From the NCBI GenBank assembly GCA_034780895.1, contig JAUZTB010000033.1:28715335-28779334 (forward strand): a stretch of 64,000 nucleotides of DNA. Reading direction: 5' to 3'. The stretch comes from Rhynchobatus australiae (lineage: Eukaryota). The position numbers and the translations under genes were made by a program. A model generated the notes under the pieces. It had not been told where the DNA came from, ran no database searches, and worked only from the letters and a program-made list of their open reading frames with translations. This document shows, in pieces, positions 12,791 through 26,214 of this stretch. The first letter of the stretch is position 1; the number at the start of each line of letters is the position of its first letter.

Positions 12791-14059
12791 CTTGAATAGC
12801 CGAATGTGCAGTTGGTCATGTGGTTAAGACCTATAGTAGGTAGGTGAAGGTCCATACACTAGTGTCTATAACCTATTTAGTGTTGCTACTCATAATGTCA
12901 ATTATCAGAAGTAGGGCTTTCTTTTGACACCTCTGTTGCCTGGAAAGCCATGCAGAAATTCTCTCCCAGTCTTTTTCTCTCCAATCAGCTTCTATTAAAT
13001 GACAAAAATGGAACAATCTGTAATGGAAAGCAAAGAAAATCCAAGAATTTAGGAGTCAGGATCTAGTTTCATCCATATATTACCCTTATATTATCCTCAA
13101 ATACTGGAAACACTACTGGGTTTGAAAAGTGCACTGTGTTCAAGCACACAAGAGCAATGTCCAAACTGAATAATTAACTAATTCCAACTGTTGGCAACCG
13201 AAGTATTCAGATCTGAACAAGTATTCCATTCTGACAGATACAGAAGCAAAATAATTCATGACTGAATGAAGACACAAAGCTCACAGCGTTCCCTTTCCTG
13301 CTATTTGATTAAGATGCTCTTTAGAAAATTTCCTCTATCTACAGCAGTGTGTAATGGAGCTGGAAAGCTTCCAAAAAACCTTTAGAGTTGTTTCCAGATA
13401 TAATTATGGAAAAGAAGGAAACTATAGAGTCTGCGGAAGTGGCAATATTGCCCAGAAAATCCAAAGGGAAGACAAAATACTCTTCTCAGTCCAATCCACT
13501 CAAATGCAAATTCGATGTAAATGAGCTTCTGGAAAATTCCCAGCTTTCTTGTCAGGACTCAATTTATTGCTGCAATTACAAGAGATTCTTACTAAATGGA
13601 ACCGAGGCTACAGCTAACCTTTACTTTCAGCCTGATGCAATTGGATTCCATTTGGTCCTATTGTTTTCCAGACACAAATATTGGGACTTTCCAATGAACT
13701 GACCCCATTCCACCACCATAACTTCTCCAAAAGTCTGGCACAAACCTTGGTAAATATACAGTGCAGAACATCAAACATGCAAAACCAGAAGTGTGGCAAA
13801 CCTCTACATCTTTCACTGTGACTGCAGTTGCAAGACAAATCCTCCCAAGCCATTCCTAAGCTACATGTCAACGATCAACACTTGTATACACCTACTGGAG
13901 AATTTCTACAGAATACTGTTAGGTAGGGAGCACCAAGATTTGACCCAAAAATCATGAAGGAATGCCAATTTTTCTCGAAGTCAGGATGGCATCTAATGTG
14001 GAATCTGCAGGTGGTGGTGTCTCATGCTTAATGAAATGCTCCACTGAATTTTATCGATG

Positions 14060-14680
14060 GTACCATCGATCCTGTTCCACCATTAAATAAGATCAGGGTT
14101 GATCTGTTCTTTCCTTAACACCACTTTCAAACTCTCTCCCTCTATGTCTGGACTCCCCTTGTACTTTAAACATCTGTAAAACTCTTGCTGTGAATATATT
14201 CAATGGCTGTGCCATCAATAGCTCTCAATGGCAGAGAATTCAAAAGATTCATGATTCTCCAAGAGAATAGATTCCTCCTCATTTCCATATGCCCACTAGT
14301 TCTAAACACCAAATTAGAGGAAACATCCTTTTGATATCCATCTTGTCAGGCCCCCTCAGAATCTTGTATGTTTTCCATGAGATCACTATCATTCTTTTCT
14401 GCTTTAGTGAATGCAAGCTCAACTTTTCTCCATTCATCAATTCTTCTTCCCAGAAATTAACTTTGTGAAACTTCTCTGCACTGCCTCCAATGCAAGCACA
14501 TCCTTCCTTAAATATGGAGATTGCAACTGTGTATAGTGCTCCAAGTGCAGCCTCACCAGTGCCCTGTAAAGTTAAATCAAAACTTCTCTACTTTTCTACT
14601 CCATACCCTTTGCAATAGTGGATAACCTCACATTCTCCCACATTATACACATCTGTCAACTTCTTGACCACTCACTTTAC
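14060..14680 (-). mobile_element. CR1 LINE 3' portion
   Basis: Reverse strand encodes a degenerate ALVRLHLEHYTQLQSPYLRKDVLALEAVQRSFT (CR1 RT C-terminus) followed by a CR1 3' UTR. Confidence 0.8.
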
Positions 14681-15221
14681 TACTTTACGCAGCTGAGCTT
14701 TTTGTATGACCTAAAATTTCCACTCAAAGTAGATTTGGAGTTTTATGGCTGTACTTCTGTTACAGCTATGCAATTTTCCAATTTCACTTTAACAGCAATA
14801 AGTCTGCAATGTCTGATCGTTCTGTGGCACATGATGCCAATGAAGACTCTGGTTGGGAAATAGCTGTCTTATATAAGCTGAGGAAAGGAGAGCCTTTCTT
14901 TTACTTAAGTAAGCCAATTTGACTTCTCTTACAGTACAATGATGCTTCTCTGAAGGGAAATAAAGACCCATTCATTTTGGTTTTATAAGTAGATTCTCGT
15001 GAAGAAAGTCTAATATATCAGTGTTACTAGGAAAGTGCCAGTTGTGGTAAAGCTTACAAATGAATGGCCTGCATTCTGTGAACTATATAACATCTTGTAA
15101 TATTTTAACCATTCAACTACAACAGCTTCGCAGAATCACCATGACCATGCACTTACATCAGGATTAGATCTGATTTCTTATGATTCATGTTAATACACTG
15201 GTAAAGATGAACCAAATCACA

Positions 15222-15460
15222 GGCACGGCACGGTGGCGTAGCAGTTAGTGCAACGCTATTACAGCGCCAGCAATCAGGGTTCGATTCCCATTGCTGTCTG
15301 TAAGGAGTTTGTACGTTCTCCCTTGTCTGTGTGGGTTTCCTCCGGGTGCTTCGGTTTCCTCCCATATTCCAAAGATGTACAGGTAGGTTAATTTGGGGTT
15401 TAAAATGGGCAGCACGGACTCATTGGGCTGGAAGGGGCTGTTACCATGCTGTAAATTTTT
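15222..15460 (+). mobile_element. tRNA-derived V-SINE (HE1-like) with CR1-type tail
   Basis: A box TGGCGTAGCAG, B box GGTTCGATTCC, V domain GTGTGGGTTTCCTCCGGGTGCTTCGGTTTCCTCCCA, tail GGGCTGGAAGGGGCTGTTACCATGCTGTA. Confidence 0.9.
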
Positions 15461-15654
15461 TAAAAAATATCCGTCCTTCAATGCAGGTAATTTAAGGTTT
15501 AGATGATGATATAAGACAGTGGATATCAGACCCCTCACTACCTCTCATAACATTTTGTACCCAACTTTAATGAAAATTATGATGAGCTAATATTACCTTG
15601 CTTTATGAAATCAAACATTACAATTGCCGAGATGAAGTAATGATCAGTGTTTAA

Positions 15655-15940
15655 AAGTAAGAGGTTGCCCATTCAGACAGAAGTGAAGTGAAATTTCTCT
15701 CCCTCAAAGGGTTGTGACTCTTTGCAACTCTATTTTTCAAAGGGCGATGGCAGCAGAGTCTTTGAATGTCTTTAAGGCAGACATAGATAAATTATTGATA
15801 AACCAGGGGGTGAAAGGTTATCAGCAATAAATGGGAACGCAGAGTTTTTGTTACAATAAGATCAGCCATAATCTTATCACAGGGCATAAGAGGGCCAAAG
15901 AGCCAAATAATCTCCCCCAGATGCTAATTTGTATTCCTAT
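15655..15940 (+). mobile_element. CR1 LINE 3' end
   Basis: AAAGTAAGAGGTTGCCCATTCAGACAGAAGTGAAG...AGGGTTGTGACTCTTTGCAACTCTC...TTTAAGGCAGACATAGATA, the RT terminus and 3' UTR pattern. Confidence 0.75.
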
Positions 15941-18349
15941 GAGTGAATTAACAAATGGAGTTTGTGGAAATCTGGTGTAACTCCAACTCAGAAAGGTGAA
16001 GTATTTCCAATCCAATCCACTACATCAACAGTGCAGTTGTCTGCTCCAATCCAACCCAGTAAGACCACTCTAATCCAGAGCAGCAGGGCCATTCCAGTCC
16101 TNNNNNNNNNNNNNNNNNNNNNNNNNNNNNNNNNNNNNNNNNNNNNNNNNNNNNNNNNNNNNNNNNNNAGTCCAGTGCTATGTAACCCAGGCCACAAAAG
16201 CTCATCCTAATCTAGATGGTTTATCCTAAATACTATATTCATGCTGATCATTACTGCAAGACTTTTTACAACTGAAACTACTGTGGTAAAAACAAAGAAT
16301 TTTGTAAATAGCACTCAGCCTCTTCAACATACATCTCTCAGTTTGTATGTTCCTCTCTATACCACAAGTACAAACACTGCTCAGTCAGTGAGACAAGAGA
16401 ATAAAAGCACATAAAATAGCTGGAAAAACTCTTACCAATATTTACTTTCCTTCATCTCAGCGTAGGTTTATAGAGTGGACACAGTGGTGAGTTATTGTAA
16501 GAACAGTGAACTTCCCAGCTGGGTTTCTCTTGCCTGCTAAGGCACAGTCAAATGAACTCTAAATGTGATACATTCAGCACGGACACCTTCTGAACAAAGC
16601 TGAAAGCAAAACTGTGACAGGAACACTGCCAAGAGTAGGTGGGGAAGGGTGGGCGGGATGGTAGCAGAGCCAAGGGAAAGTTGGGAGGAGTTTGTTTACC
16701 TGAAATGCACTAAAAGAATCCAGAATATAAACTTGTTTAGTACTTAACATCAACAAAAATAAATTCAGTTGGACTGAACATAAGCAATATCTACTGCCAG
16801 GATATTAAAAGTTAAAATTGAAACACTGATCCATGGAACATCAATCTCACTTATTTTTAAATGAAAAATGCCTTGCAAGGGTTCATACAGAACAAACTTC
16901 CACTGAGAGACTGGTTTGTAATTGCAAAACTGATTACAAAAAGCAACTTGATTGATTTAAGTCCACAAACCATTTCTCAACAGCAAGCCAACAACAGCCA
17001 GATTCATCACATCAAAACTGCTCTTTCATTAATTCCTCCATCAACTTCAGAACCATAAAGAACAGCCTAATAGAATACAATGAAAGGGAAAAAGAAACTA
17101 AATAATGGAGAATTCTGAAATTAAAGAGAAAACACAACCAACATTCAGAGAAGGACTGCCAATATCAATGGAGTGGACAAACAAATTAACATTTCATCCC
17201 TTCATCAGAACAAGTGTTTATGCTGCAGCTTCACTCAATTCCTTGAAGGCAGCTGTTCCATTACTTAAAGGATTTAATGTAGCCATTTTACCTCAGTGTT
17301 CTTTCTACTTTTATAGAAAGAGCATTCTTAGGGCAATGGTAAGGAATTTTATTTCCATCTTTAGATTAAGAAAGGGAATGTAGAATTCCTACATTAGCAT
17401 TAACATTATAAATGAACATATTACAGAGCCTCAATCAAAGGGAGGCAGATTGGACAATCAGGTGCCGGGGTAATAATCCTGATTTATGGCCTTCCTGATT
17501 TCCATGTGGCCTTCCAGTCACTAAATAACAACCAGAAAAACAATGGTTGTGATCTCCAAACCCAGATGTTTGCTGCTGTAGAGATTAGGAATTAACTTCC
17601 CAAAACAGCCAAGGGAAAGTGTTCCATGACTATGAAAGTACTTAGGAAGTGTAATCACTGTTTTAATGTGTTATGAACCATGAATTAAAAAAAATATTGC
17701 AACTTGTCCTACAAACCTTTTATATAATACTGCTTATATAAGAGCTGTAAGAGGCAAGTTAATTCTTTCACAATAAGGGCAGATTTTTTTGTTGCATTGT
17801 GCTATTTTTTTCTTGTTTCATGTTGTCAGATCACAAGAGTTAGTTTGTTTACTTTTGATCCTGAATGTTCAAACTACTTGGCTAGTAACGAAGAGTTACT
17901 GCTGCAATTCAAAATTATCTAGCTCACCAACACAAAGCTTCCAGAACCCTGTGCCACCGAGATCATGCTGCTGGGTAGAACACTCACTCTATTATGAGAT
18001 GTAGGATGGTAAGAATCTGATCTTCAGTGCTTAATCTATTCCTCCTGATAGATCATTAGCATGGTTCTGGAGTGCTGCAGACCTGCTAAGGTTAGAAATT
18101 GAGACACTGAACAAAGGTAGCTCAATTCCTTTCGATTCAAAGTGATGCATGTGTCACATTGAAGTCATTTTGCCTCCTTTAGAATTCACCTACCTCATAT
18201 AGAACATCCATTTGCTGGCCTTTAGGCAATTAACAAGGAAACTAACAAGGAAGAGGTTTCACTATACCTATACAAGGGTAGAACAGGATGCAATAAAATT
18301 GTGGGCATTGCCACCATCCCCCCCTTTACCTGGGGATGCATACAATGCA

Positions 18350-19525
18350 AATACTACCCAAGAAAAATAAGGTAGTCTGCCTTAATGACTGCCGCCCAGT
18401 GGCTCTGACATTCACCATCATGAAGTGCTTCGTGACGCTGATCATGGCACACATTAACTCCAGTCTCTGAGACAACCTTGAACAACTACATTTTGCCTAC
18501 CACCGAAACAGGTCCATGGGGGAGGCTATCTCCTTGGCCCTACACTCATTTCTGGAGCATCTAGACAGTAAAGGCACCTACATTAGCCCATGGTTTATTG
18601 ACAACAACTCCACCTTCAGTACTATAATTTCAAGCAAATTCATTTCCAAACTCCCAGGGAAAGGAGCTGGTGCACACACTCCTGTTTACATCAATGGTGC
18701 AGAGGTCAAGAGGGTTGAGAGCTTCAAGTTCCTTGGAGTGAACATCACCAATAACCCGTCTTGGTCCAACCACATAGACACCGTGGCCATAAAAGCTCAC
18801 CAGCGTCTCTAATTCCTCAGGAGGCTAAAGAAAATTGATATGTCCTCTTTGGCCCTCACCAATTTTTAATTGATACACCTTAGAAAGCATCCTACCCAGA
18901 TGCATCACGGTTTGGTATGGCAACTGCTCTGCCTGAGACTATAAGAAACTGCAGAGAGCTGTGGACACAGCTCAACACATCACGGAAACCAGTCTCCCCT
19001 CCATGGACTGTCTACATTTCTCACTGCTTTGGTGAAGCAGCCAGCATAATCAAAGACCCCACCTACCCTGGACATTCTTTCTTCCCCCTCCTCCCATCAG
19101 GCAGAAAATACAAAAGCCTGAAAGCATGTACAACCAGGCTCAAGGACAGCTTCTATCCCACTGTTATAAGACTATTGAACGGTTCCCTAGTACGATAAGA
19201 TGGAGTCTTAACCTCACAATATTCCTCATTATGACCTTGCACCTTATTGTCTGCCTTCACTGCACTTTCTCTGTAACTGTAACTCTTTATTCTGCATCCT
19301 TTATTGCTTTCCCTTGTACTACCTCAATGCANNNNNNNNNNNNNNNNNNNNNNNNNNNNNNNNNNNNNNNNNNNNNNNNNNNNNNNNNNNNNNNNNNNNN
19401 NNNNNNNNNNNNNNNNNNNNNNNNNNNNNNNTGATATGATGAAATGATCTGTAGGGAAGGCATGCAAAACAAAGTTTTTCACTGTACCTTGGTACATGTG
19501 ACAATAATAAACCAATTTACCAATG
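18350..19525 (+). mobile_element. Rex1/Babar LINE, 5'-truncated and internally deleted
   Basis: CLNDCRPVALTFTIMKCF (Rex1 LNDYRPVALT signature), FAYHRNRSMGEAISLALH, VESFKFLGVNIT, LPSGRKYKSLKACTTRLKDSFYP, 3' UTR ending GTGACAATAATAAACCAATT. Confidence 0.9.
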
Positions 19526-20474
19526 TAAATACTAGGTCCAGTTCCAATACTGAAAGTTCTTCCTGCTGCAGCATTTTCTTACACCTGAAATCCAGTCATG
19601 AATTCTGTGTCCTACGTTCTCTGGAACTGAGACACTTCATCTCAACCCCACTGCAAATCAACTCAGAAGCCAGCTTATCATTTCTCTGTGGCTTGATTTT
19701 TGGTTGTAACTAGTAGATACCAATTGGCAATGCTTCTGGTAATTATTCTGCTTCTGTACACTAAAGCTTTGGGACACAGAAGTTCAAATGCAGGAAGAAC
19801 CAGTAGCTGAGGTTGCAACTTGGAGAGGAGCCCAGATCTACAAGATTCTGCTAAATATCCAGTCCAGCTGAAATATCGGTCAACTTTATGAATGGTGAGA
19901 ATAACAGACTCCAATTACATTGTAGGCTTGCCAGGGGGAACTTAAAAGCTTCCTTGAAAATTTCAACCACTTCATCCCTCAACAAAACAACTGCAGATCT
20001 GAAGCTGATATGCAAACTGCCTGAGCCACTGAAGGCTCCAAGGATACCTGACACAGACGTGGATCACCAGTCATCACCGTGCGCAGAAGGTTCCACGCCT
20101 ATGAGATGCCATCTCAGAGCTCCACTGAACTCTTACCTGAGATACATTTAAAAATCAAAACTTTCAGAGCCTTAATTCCAAGAAGGAAATGGAAACATCC
20201 TCTGCATGCGATCAGCAGTCTGTTTACGGAGACCCTTCACTGGTGCACCAAACCCAGTTTGCTGGGTTTGAGCCATTTTGAGCTATTTTGACCCAGTTTG
20301 AGCCATTATTTCCACCATGCTGGAACTGTTTCAGAATGCATCTTGCTAAAAGGAACATTACATTATGGGTTGCTTCTGTAAAATATTTGTCTCCAGCACC
20401 TGCCATCTAAATGCATTTGTGCCATCTATCAATTATAAACATAATATGAAATAAAAAGCAATTGGGAAACATAC

Positions 20475-21290
20475 ATTCAAACAGCACAGAAACAGGCCCT
20501 TCAGCCCACCATGTCCATGCTGACACTCAAGTACCTAACTATGCTAATCCCATTTTGCAGCGCTTGGTCCACGGCCTTCTATGTTTGTCAGTTCAAGTGC
20601 TCATCCAAATAAATGTTGTGGGAGTACCTGCCTCCACTACCCCCTCAGATAATGCATTCCATATTCCAACCACCTTCTGGGTGAAAAAGTTCTTCAGATG
20701 CGCACTAAAGGTCTCATTTCTTACTCTAAATATAAGTTCTCTAGTTTTTGACACCGCTGTGGGAAAAGTTTTCTAATATCAACCCGATCTCCGCCCCTCA
20801 GAAAATTTCACACCTCTGTCAGGTTCCTCCATCAGCTCCTCTGCTCTAGGAAAACCTACCCCAGCCTAACCAGTCTCACCACATAACTGAAATGTGCCAT
20901 GCCTAATGAAGCTCGTCTGCACCCTCACCAATGCAATCTCTCCTTCCCGGAGCACGGCCGTCAGAACCATACATAGTACTCCAGCTGTGGCGTAGTCAAT
21001 GTTTTATGAAGTTGTATCATAATCGCCAAGCTCTCATATTCTCTGTCTCTGCTAATGAAGGAAAGTATTGCATATTTCTTTTTCATCAAGGTCCCTCTCT
21101 TCTTCAATGTTCCCTTGGGCCCTTCCAGTCATTGTGTATGTCATACCATTATTGGTCCTTCTAAATTGCATCGCTTCACACTGATCAGGATTAAATTCCA
21201 TCTGTCATTGCTCTGCCCACCTCGCCAACTGATTTTAATATCCTGTAGACCGAAACTCTCCTCCTCCCGATCAAAAACATCACCAAATGT
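20475..21290 (-). mobile_element. CR1 LINE 3' portion
   Basis: CR1 3' end (CAGCACAGAAACAGGCCCTTCAGCCCACC); reverse strand gives KVVGIWNALS, LHKTLTTPQLEY and WQMEFNPDQCEAM-like RT C-terminal motifs. Confidence 0.85.
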
Positions 21291-21699
21291 ATATGTTGTT
21301 TGTACCAGGTGTCTAAATATTATAAAATCTAAAGAATAAAATGTACATTAAGTCTTGAACCATTGAGGTTAAGTTACATTTCAAATGGAGATTTTTCAGT
21401 GCTGGGGGATCCAGTGCCCTGAAAATTAAAGCTTTTAGTTAACATTCTCTTCATTACTTTATGTGCATTAATTAATCTGTTTATTCCAAATAAAACAGTT
21501 GCTGGCGTTTCCCTGCAGATCTGATTTTGGGGTCAGCAATGGATAAGCAGGAACTTGTTCCAAATTAAATACTAGGAAGTCTGAAGAAACCCACCCCCTT
21601 TGGAAATGTTATTCTCACCACCCCTCTCTCCAGGAAACATTTAAAAGTGAAACAAATTCTTCACTACCTCTGTGTTGCTTGTAACACAGAGATAAGCTT

Positions 21700-21990
21700 T
21701 GATCACGACGCCATCAAGACCTTCTATTCTCACCTTTGAGTACAACCTGACTTTGGCCAGCTTCTGCTCAGTCCTTGCTGACACACCCATCCATGCTTCT
21801 GTTACCTTTAGACTCGACTATTCCAACACACTTGTCTGTCCTGCCTCATCTGACTCTCCAGGTCATCTAAAAGTGTACTGCTCGTGTCCCAAATCACACC
21901 AAATCCTATTTCCACATCATCCATGCTTGTCAACCTACTTTATATTCTATCTAATACTTCGATTTTAAAATGTTCACCCTTGATTTCAAG
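21700..21990 (+). mobile_element. L2 LINE fragment
   Basis: ADTPIHASVTFRLDYSNTL matches the L2 motif TLIHAFVTSRLDYxN. Confidence 0.7.
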
Positions 21991-22299
21991 GCATTTTTAG
22001 CTGCATCAATGACCAAGCCTTCTATCATCTGCATTAATACCTTCTTCCAGGGCTGTTCACCAAAGAGGTATATTGCTTTGTTGAAAGCCCTAGATCAATG
22101 GAAGGCATCATTATTGTAGGCAATAAAACACAGCACACCACACACAGGTTTCACACATCAACTTCCTCCCTGCTGTCACCTGCAATCTCCCAGGAAATGT
22201 CCACAGACCCCACCACCAGGTATGGATGGATCTCTGATCCTCCACTCCCAAGAACCACTGGTGAAATGACTATTATGATAAACACAATTTATATTTAAA

Positions 22300-22552
22300 T
22301 CTCATCGTTGAGAACTTGAATTTGAAAGACAGTCAAAACCCCAACCTCTTTCAGGAGAACAATTACCCCTCAATGACCCCAGTGCCACACTGGCATGATT
22401 AATATTCAACCTACCTCTGAAGCAGCCATTCAGTTGCATTGAAACCAGCTTCAAAATGGTTCAGGAAGGTAGTTTACCATCAGCACCAAGGAAACCTTAT
22501 GATGGGCAATAAATACCAGGCCTGCTAGTGAAACCAGATCCTGAGAATAAAT
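22300..22552 (+). mobile_element. Head+tail SINE-like derivative of the tRNA-headed LINE family
   Basis: CTGAAGCAGCCATTCAGTTG (like the head end at ~32815-32845) joined to tail GGTTCAGGAAGGTAG...GATGGGCAATAAATACCAGGCCTGCTAG. Confidence 0.5.
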
Positions 22553-22999
22553 TCCCCACAGTATGTACATTTCAACTAAAATTCCTTCCTCTTTCCCCAA
22601 ATAGAGGAGAAAGAATGAGGGAGAAAAAAAAATTGGAGGACGAGGAATTTAAGAGTGGATTGACAACACAGCGAAAGCCACAAGTGGCACCATCTTTGCA
22701 ATGGTGAATGAAGCTTGTAGTGGAAAGGAGCAACTCACAGCAGGGATGTCACTTCTCATTCTGCTCAATGGTGTACTCTTAATTCAGAGAGCGTGCTGGT
22801 ATAAATATCCAACACCCCAGGCAATGCTCTGACATACATTCACTGAATGGAGAGTACTTCTGGCCTCATTCTTGCTCCTTGTCTCATTCACAGCCATGCN
22901 NNNNNNNNNNNNNNNNNNNNNNNNNNNNNNNNNNNNNNNNNNNNNNNNNNNNNNNNNNNNNNNNNNNNNNNNNNNNNNNNNNNNNNNNNNNNNNNNNNN

Positions 23000-23110
23000 A
23001 ATGTGGGGAGAATAAAATGGGACTAATAGAGGATTAGTGTAAGTGTGAGCTCGATGGTCGGTGTGGACTCAGTGGTATGAAGGGCCTGTATCCATACTGT
23101 AATGACTCTG
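23000..23110 (+). mobile_element. CR1-type 3' end next to a gap
   Basis: GATGGTCGGTGTGGACTCAGTGGTATGAAGGGCCTGTATCCATACTGTA. Confidence 0.7.
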
Positions 23111-23844
23111 GCATTATCTTTTAACCGTTTGAAGAGAAACTATTTTTGGGTTCCGAGCCAGAAGTAAACTGTGCTGCAAAGTTCTGGAAAATATGCAACA
23201 TATCAGAAATGTAAAGCTTATTGAAAGGAGATGCATGAAAATAAATCTCGAACCTATTCGGCAATTTATAAATTCACCATTGCCCCAAGTTGTACATTAG
23301 ACTTTCCCACTACAAAGAATATAAACTTGTGTAAAATTGTCTGTCCATGTTTCACCTGCTGCAGTTAGCTGCAACATTGTGTAGCCTCTCATTTTCACAG
23401 AACATACTTTTGTTTCTTTGTATAATCAGAGCTACAATTTCAGCTCCATATATTTCTGCACTTTTGGTGAGCTTTCACAATTTTCACATGTGTCTGTGAG
23501 GAAGGGATAAATCATTAAACATAGATCAAGTCAGGAGTTGAGACAGAGATATTTAGAAACAAATATTCATTCAGGCATGAGGTCTGATTTTCATCATGTG
23601 CACTGATCCTGTGAGAGCGCTGGGCCATTGAATTTATCTGAGACAGTCTATTTGCATTATCCAACACAGACCCATCTTTGGCAGGGCCTTGCACCGAATT
23701 GGGGGAGTGGAAATAAAATTGTCAGTGTGAACCCAAGAGGTCCAGAGCTATGATCCTCACTGCCTGTAGAGTGCCCTTCAAGATGCTCCCAAAGAGTGCC
23801 ACCACAAAGATTATCTTGTGATTCCAAAGGGATATTAGGTTCTA

Positions 23845-24260
23845 CACACATAAAATGCTGGAGGAACTCAGCGGGTGGGGCAGCACCTATGGAGAGAAAT
23901 AAACAGTCAACGTTTCAGAGTCGAGACCCTTCATCAGAACTGGAAAGGAAGAGGGCAAAAGCCAGAATAAGAAGGTCAGGGGAGGGGGACGAGTACATGC
24001 AGGCAGATGATAGGTGAGTCTAGGTGAGAGGGGGAAGGTAGGAGGGTGGGGGAGGGGGGAGAAGTAAGAAGCTGAGAGGTGATAGGTAGATGAGGTAAAG
24101 GGCTAGAGGAGGAGGAATCCAGTAGGAGAGGGCAGTGGACCATGGAATAAAGGAAAGGAGGTGGGGAAAGGATAGGTGGGTCATGAGGGCGGGGGAAGGG
24201 ATGGGCAGGTAGTGAGGGTGGGGGAAGGGGAAAGGGGGCTACAGGAATGAGGGAAGACAA
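23845..24260 (-). mobile_element. Penelope-like element terminal (pLTR) region with purine-rich stretch
   Basis: AAAATGCTGGAGGAACTCAGC...ACAGTCAACGTTTCAGAGTCGAGACCCTTCATCAG followed by a G/A-rich tract; contains a minimal hammerhead core typical of Penelope-like elements. Confidence 0.7.
23904..23942 (-). ncRNA. Minimal type I hammerhead ribozyme motif
   Basis: Minus strand CAGTT-CTGATGA-AGGGTC-TC-GACTCT-GAAACGTT-GACTG: helix I CAGTT/GACTG, CUGAUGA core, helix II, GAAA, palindromic AACGTT helix III and a GUU cleavage triplet. Confidence 0.7.
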
Positions 24261-25179
24261 AGGAAATAAAAGGTTCTGGCTTTTTTGATCTTTAGTCTTG
24301 CAAAGAATCCTGACAGGCTTTGTCGGCCACCTCTCTGCTTGGATGAGTCAAGGACAGGATTATGAAGGAAGTAGTCAGGAATCATTGGAAATTCCATGGC
24401 AAATTGTGAGAGATGAGGCTAATACCATTTCACTTTATGTCTAAAATTCTTTATGTTACATGAAGGATTCACTCTGTGATCCACAGGTATTATGACTATA
24501 AAGATGTCACAGGCAAATCTTGCTAGATACAATGCACTAGCTGTGAGCAGTCATAGATAATAGTCTTAAAGGAGTGTCGTCTGATAACATGGAATGTATG
24601 CTGAAGTAAATATAGCATATTATGTAGATTAAATGTAGTTTATCAGTGAAGCAATTCAGAAAGAGCAGTAATTTCAAGTAGACATGGATCTGTATAAGAC
24701 AGGTCTTGGCCCAACAATTTTATTGGAATAGCTCAAGGGTAAATTCATGCATTTTATGATTAAAATTAACAGTACTGAAAAATACTTTCATGTGGAGCCC
24801 AATCCGTAAAATCCAAATGTTTCATACCATCATAACATCCATTGACCCAATGCCTTAAAAAAGAAATTGCCTTAAGGAACTAACAAAAATTAACACTGAG
24901 CCATAGGAAAGGAGACAAATGTTGAGAAGGATGTCTAAAAAGTAGGTATAATGTGGTTCTTACAGTTTAAGGAATGAATTATGCTCTAATCATCTGAGCA
25001 CATGGTTGCTAATGTCTGTTCTCATTAAAATTAAAAGTCAACCCTATGACTTAAAATGGACCCATTAATTAAGGATTAATTAAATGACCGAATTAAAATA
25101 AATCACCCCTTCATTGGTACATTCAACACTTGCTACACCTAGAAATAGAAAACATCCATTACCCAGGATATACATATCA

Positions 25180-26030
25180 ACATACAGATTAGAAGTAAAC
25201 CACTTGACCCCTTGAGCCTACTCCACTTTTCAATAATATCTTGGCTGATTTGATTGGAAATTCAATTCCTCATTCCCACCAATCCCCATTAACTTCCCAC
25301 CCTTTGCTACTCAAGAATTATCTACCTCGGTCTTAAAAACATTCAAAGATTCTGCTTCAATTGCCCTTTGAAGAAGACAATTCCAAAGGCTCACAAGTTC
25401 CAAATCCCTTCTTGATTGGGTTACCTATTATTTTTAAACAGTAATTCCCCTAGTTCTAGATTCTCCTAGAAGAGAAAATATCCTTCCCATGCCCACCCTG
25501 TCAAACACTTCAGGATCATATGAGTTTCAATCAAGTTGCCCCTCACTTTTCTAAAATGCAAAGGATATAAACCCAGTCTGTCTAACCCTTATTCATAAGA
25601 TAACCTCGCCATTCCAGATATCAACTCAGCAATCTTCTTTTAACTGCTTCCAGTGTATCCACATTCTTCCGTCAATAAGGAGACCAGTAGCATACACAGT
25701 GCTCCAAATGTGATTTCCCCAATATCTTAGGTAACTACAGCAGAACCTCTCTATTTTTGTATTCAATTCTCCTTGCAATAAGTGCTGACATTCTGTTAGT
25801 GCTCTTAGTTCCTGCTGCACCTGCGGGAATTTTGTGAATTGTGCACAGGGGCATCCAGATCCCTCTGCATCTCAGAGTTCTGCAATCTCTTGCCATTTAG
25901 ATAAAATACTTCACTTTTACTTCCTGCTTTATATTTTTCCTGCCAAAATGGATAAGATCACTTTTTCCTCCACTTGCCCAGATCTTTTCCCACTCACTTA
26001 CCATATTTATATCTCTTTGAGACCTTTTTA
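25180..26030 (-). mobile_element. CR1 LINE 3' portion
   Basis: Reverse strand has degenerate GKSHLEHCVCYWSPY*RKNVDTLEAVKRRL and a CR1 3' UTR (CCCCTTGAGCCTACTCCAC on +). Confidence 0.8.
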
Positions 26031-26214
26031 CATCATCTATGCAAATGCTCCAAAGTGTAACCAATGTCAGGAAAAGTCATGGAATATAATCCCTTTCACT
26101 GAGCTAAGTCTGACATTTGCAAATTATGATGCATGTAACAATCTCATAAATCATTTAGCTACTTGTTAACTATTATTCTACCTTCCTTCTGGAAATATGA
26201 AAATGCCTAATATG

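Noticed and set aside
13388-13702. 104-aa ORF after a weak acceptor
   Set aside because: No recognisable domain and no convincing splice signals; length is compatible with chance.
15990-16190. Loose CCAATCCA repeats near a gap, considered as an array
   Set aside because: Degenerate minisatellite-like sequence without constant repeat and spacer structure; no CRISPR-like array seen in this eukaryotic window.
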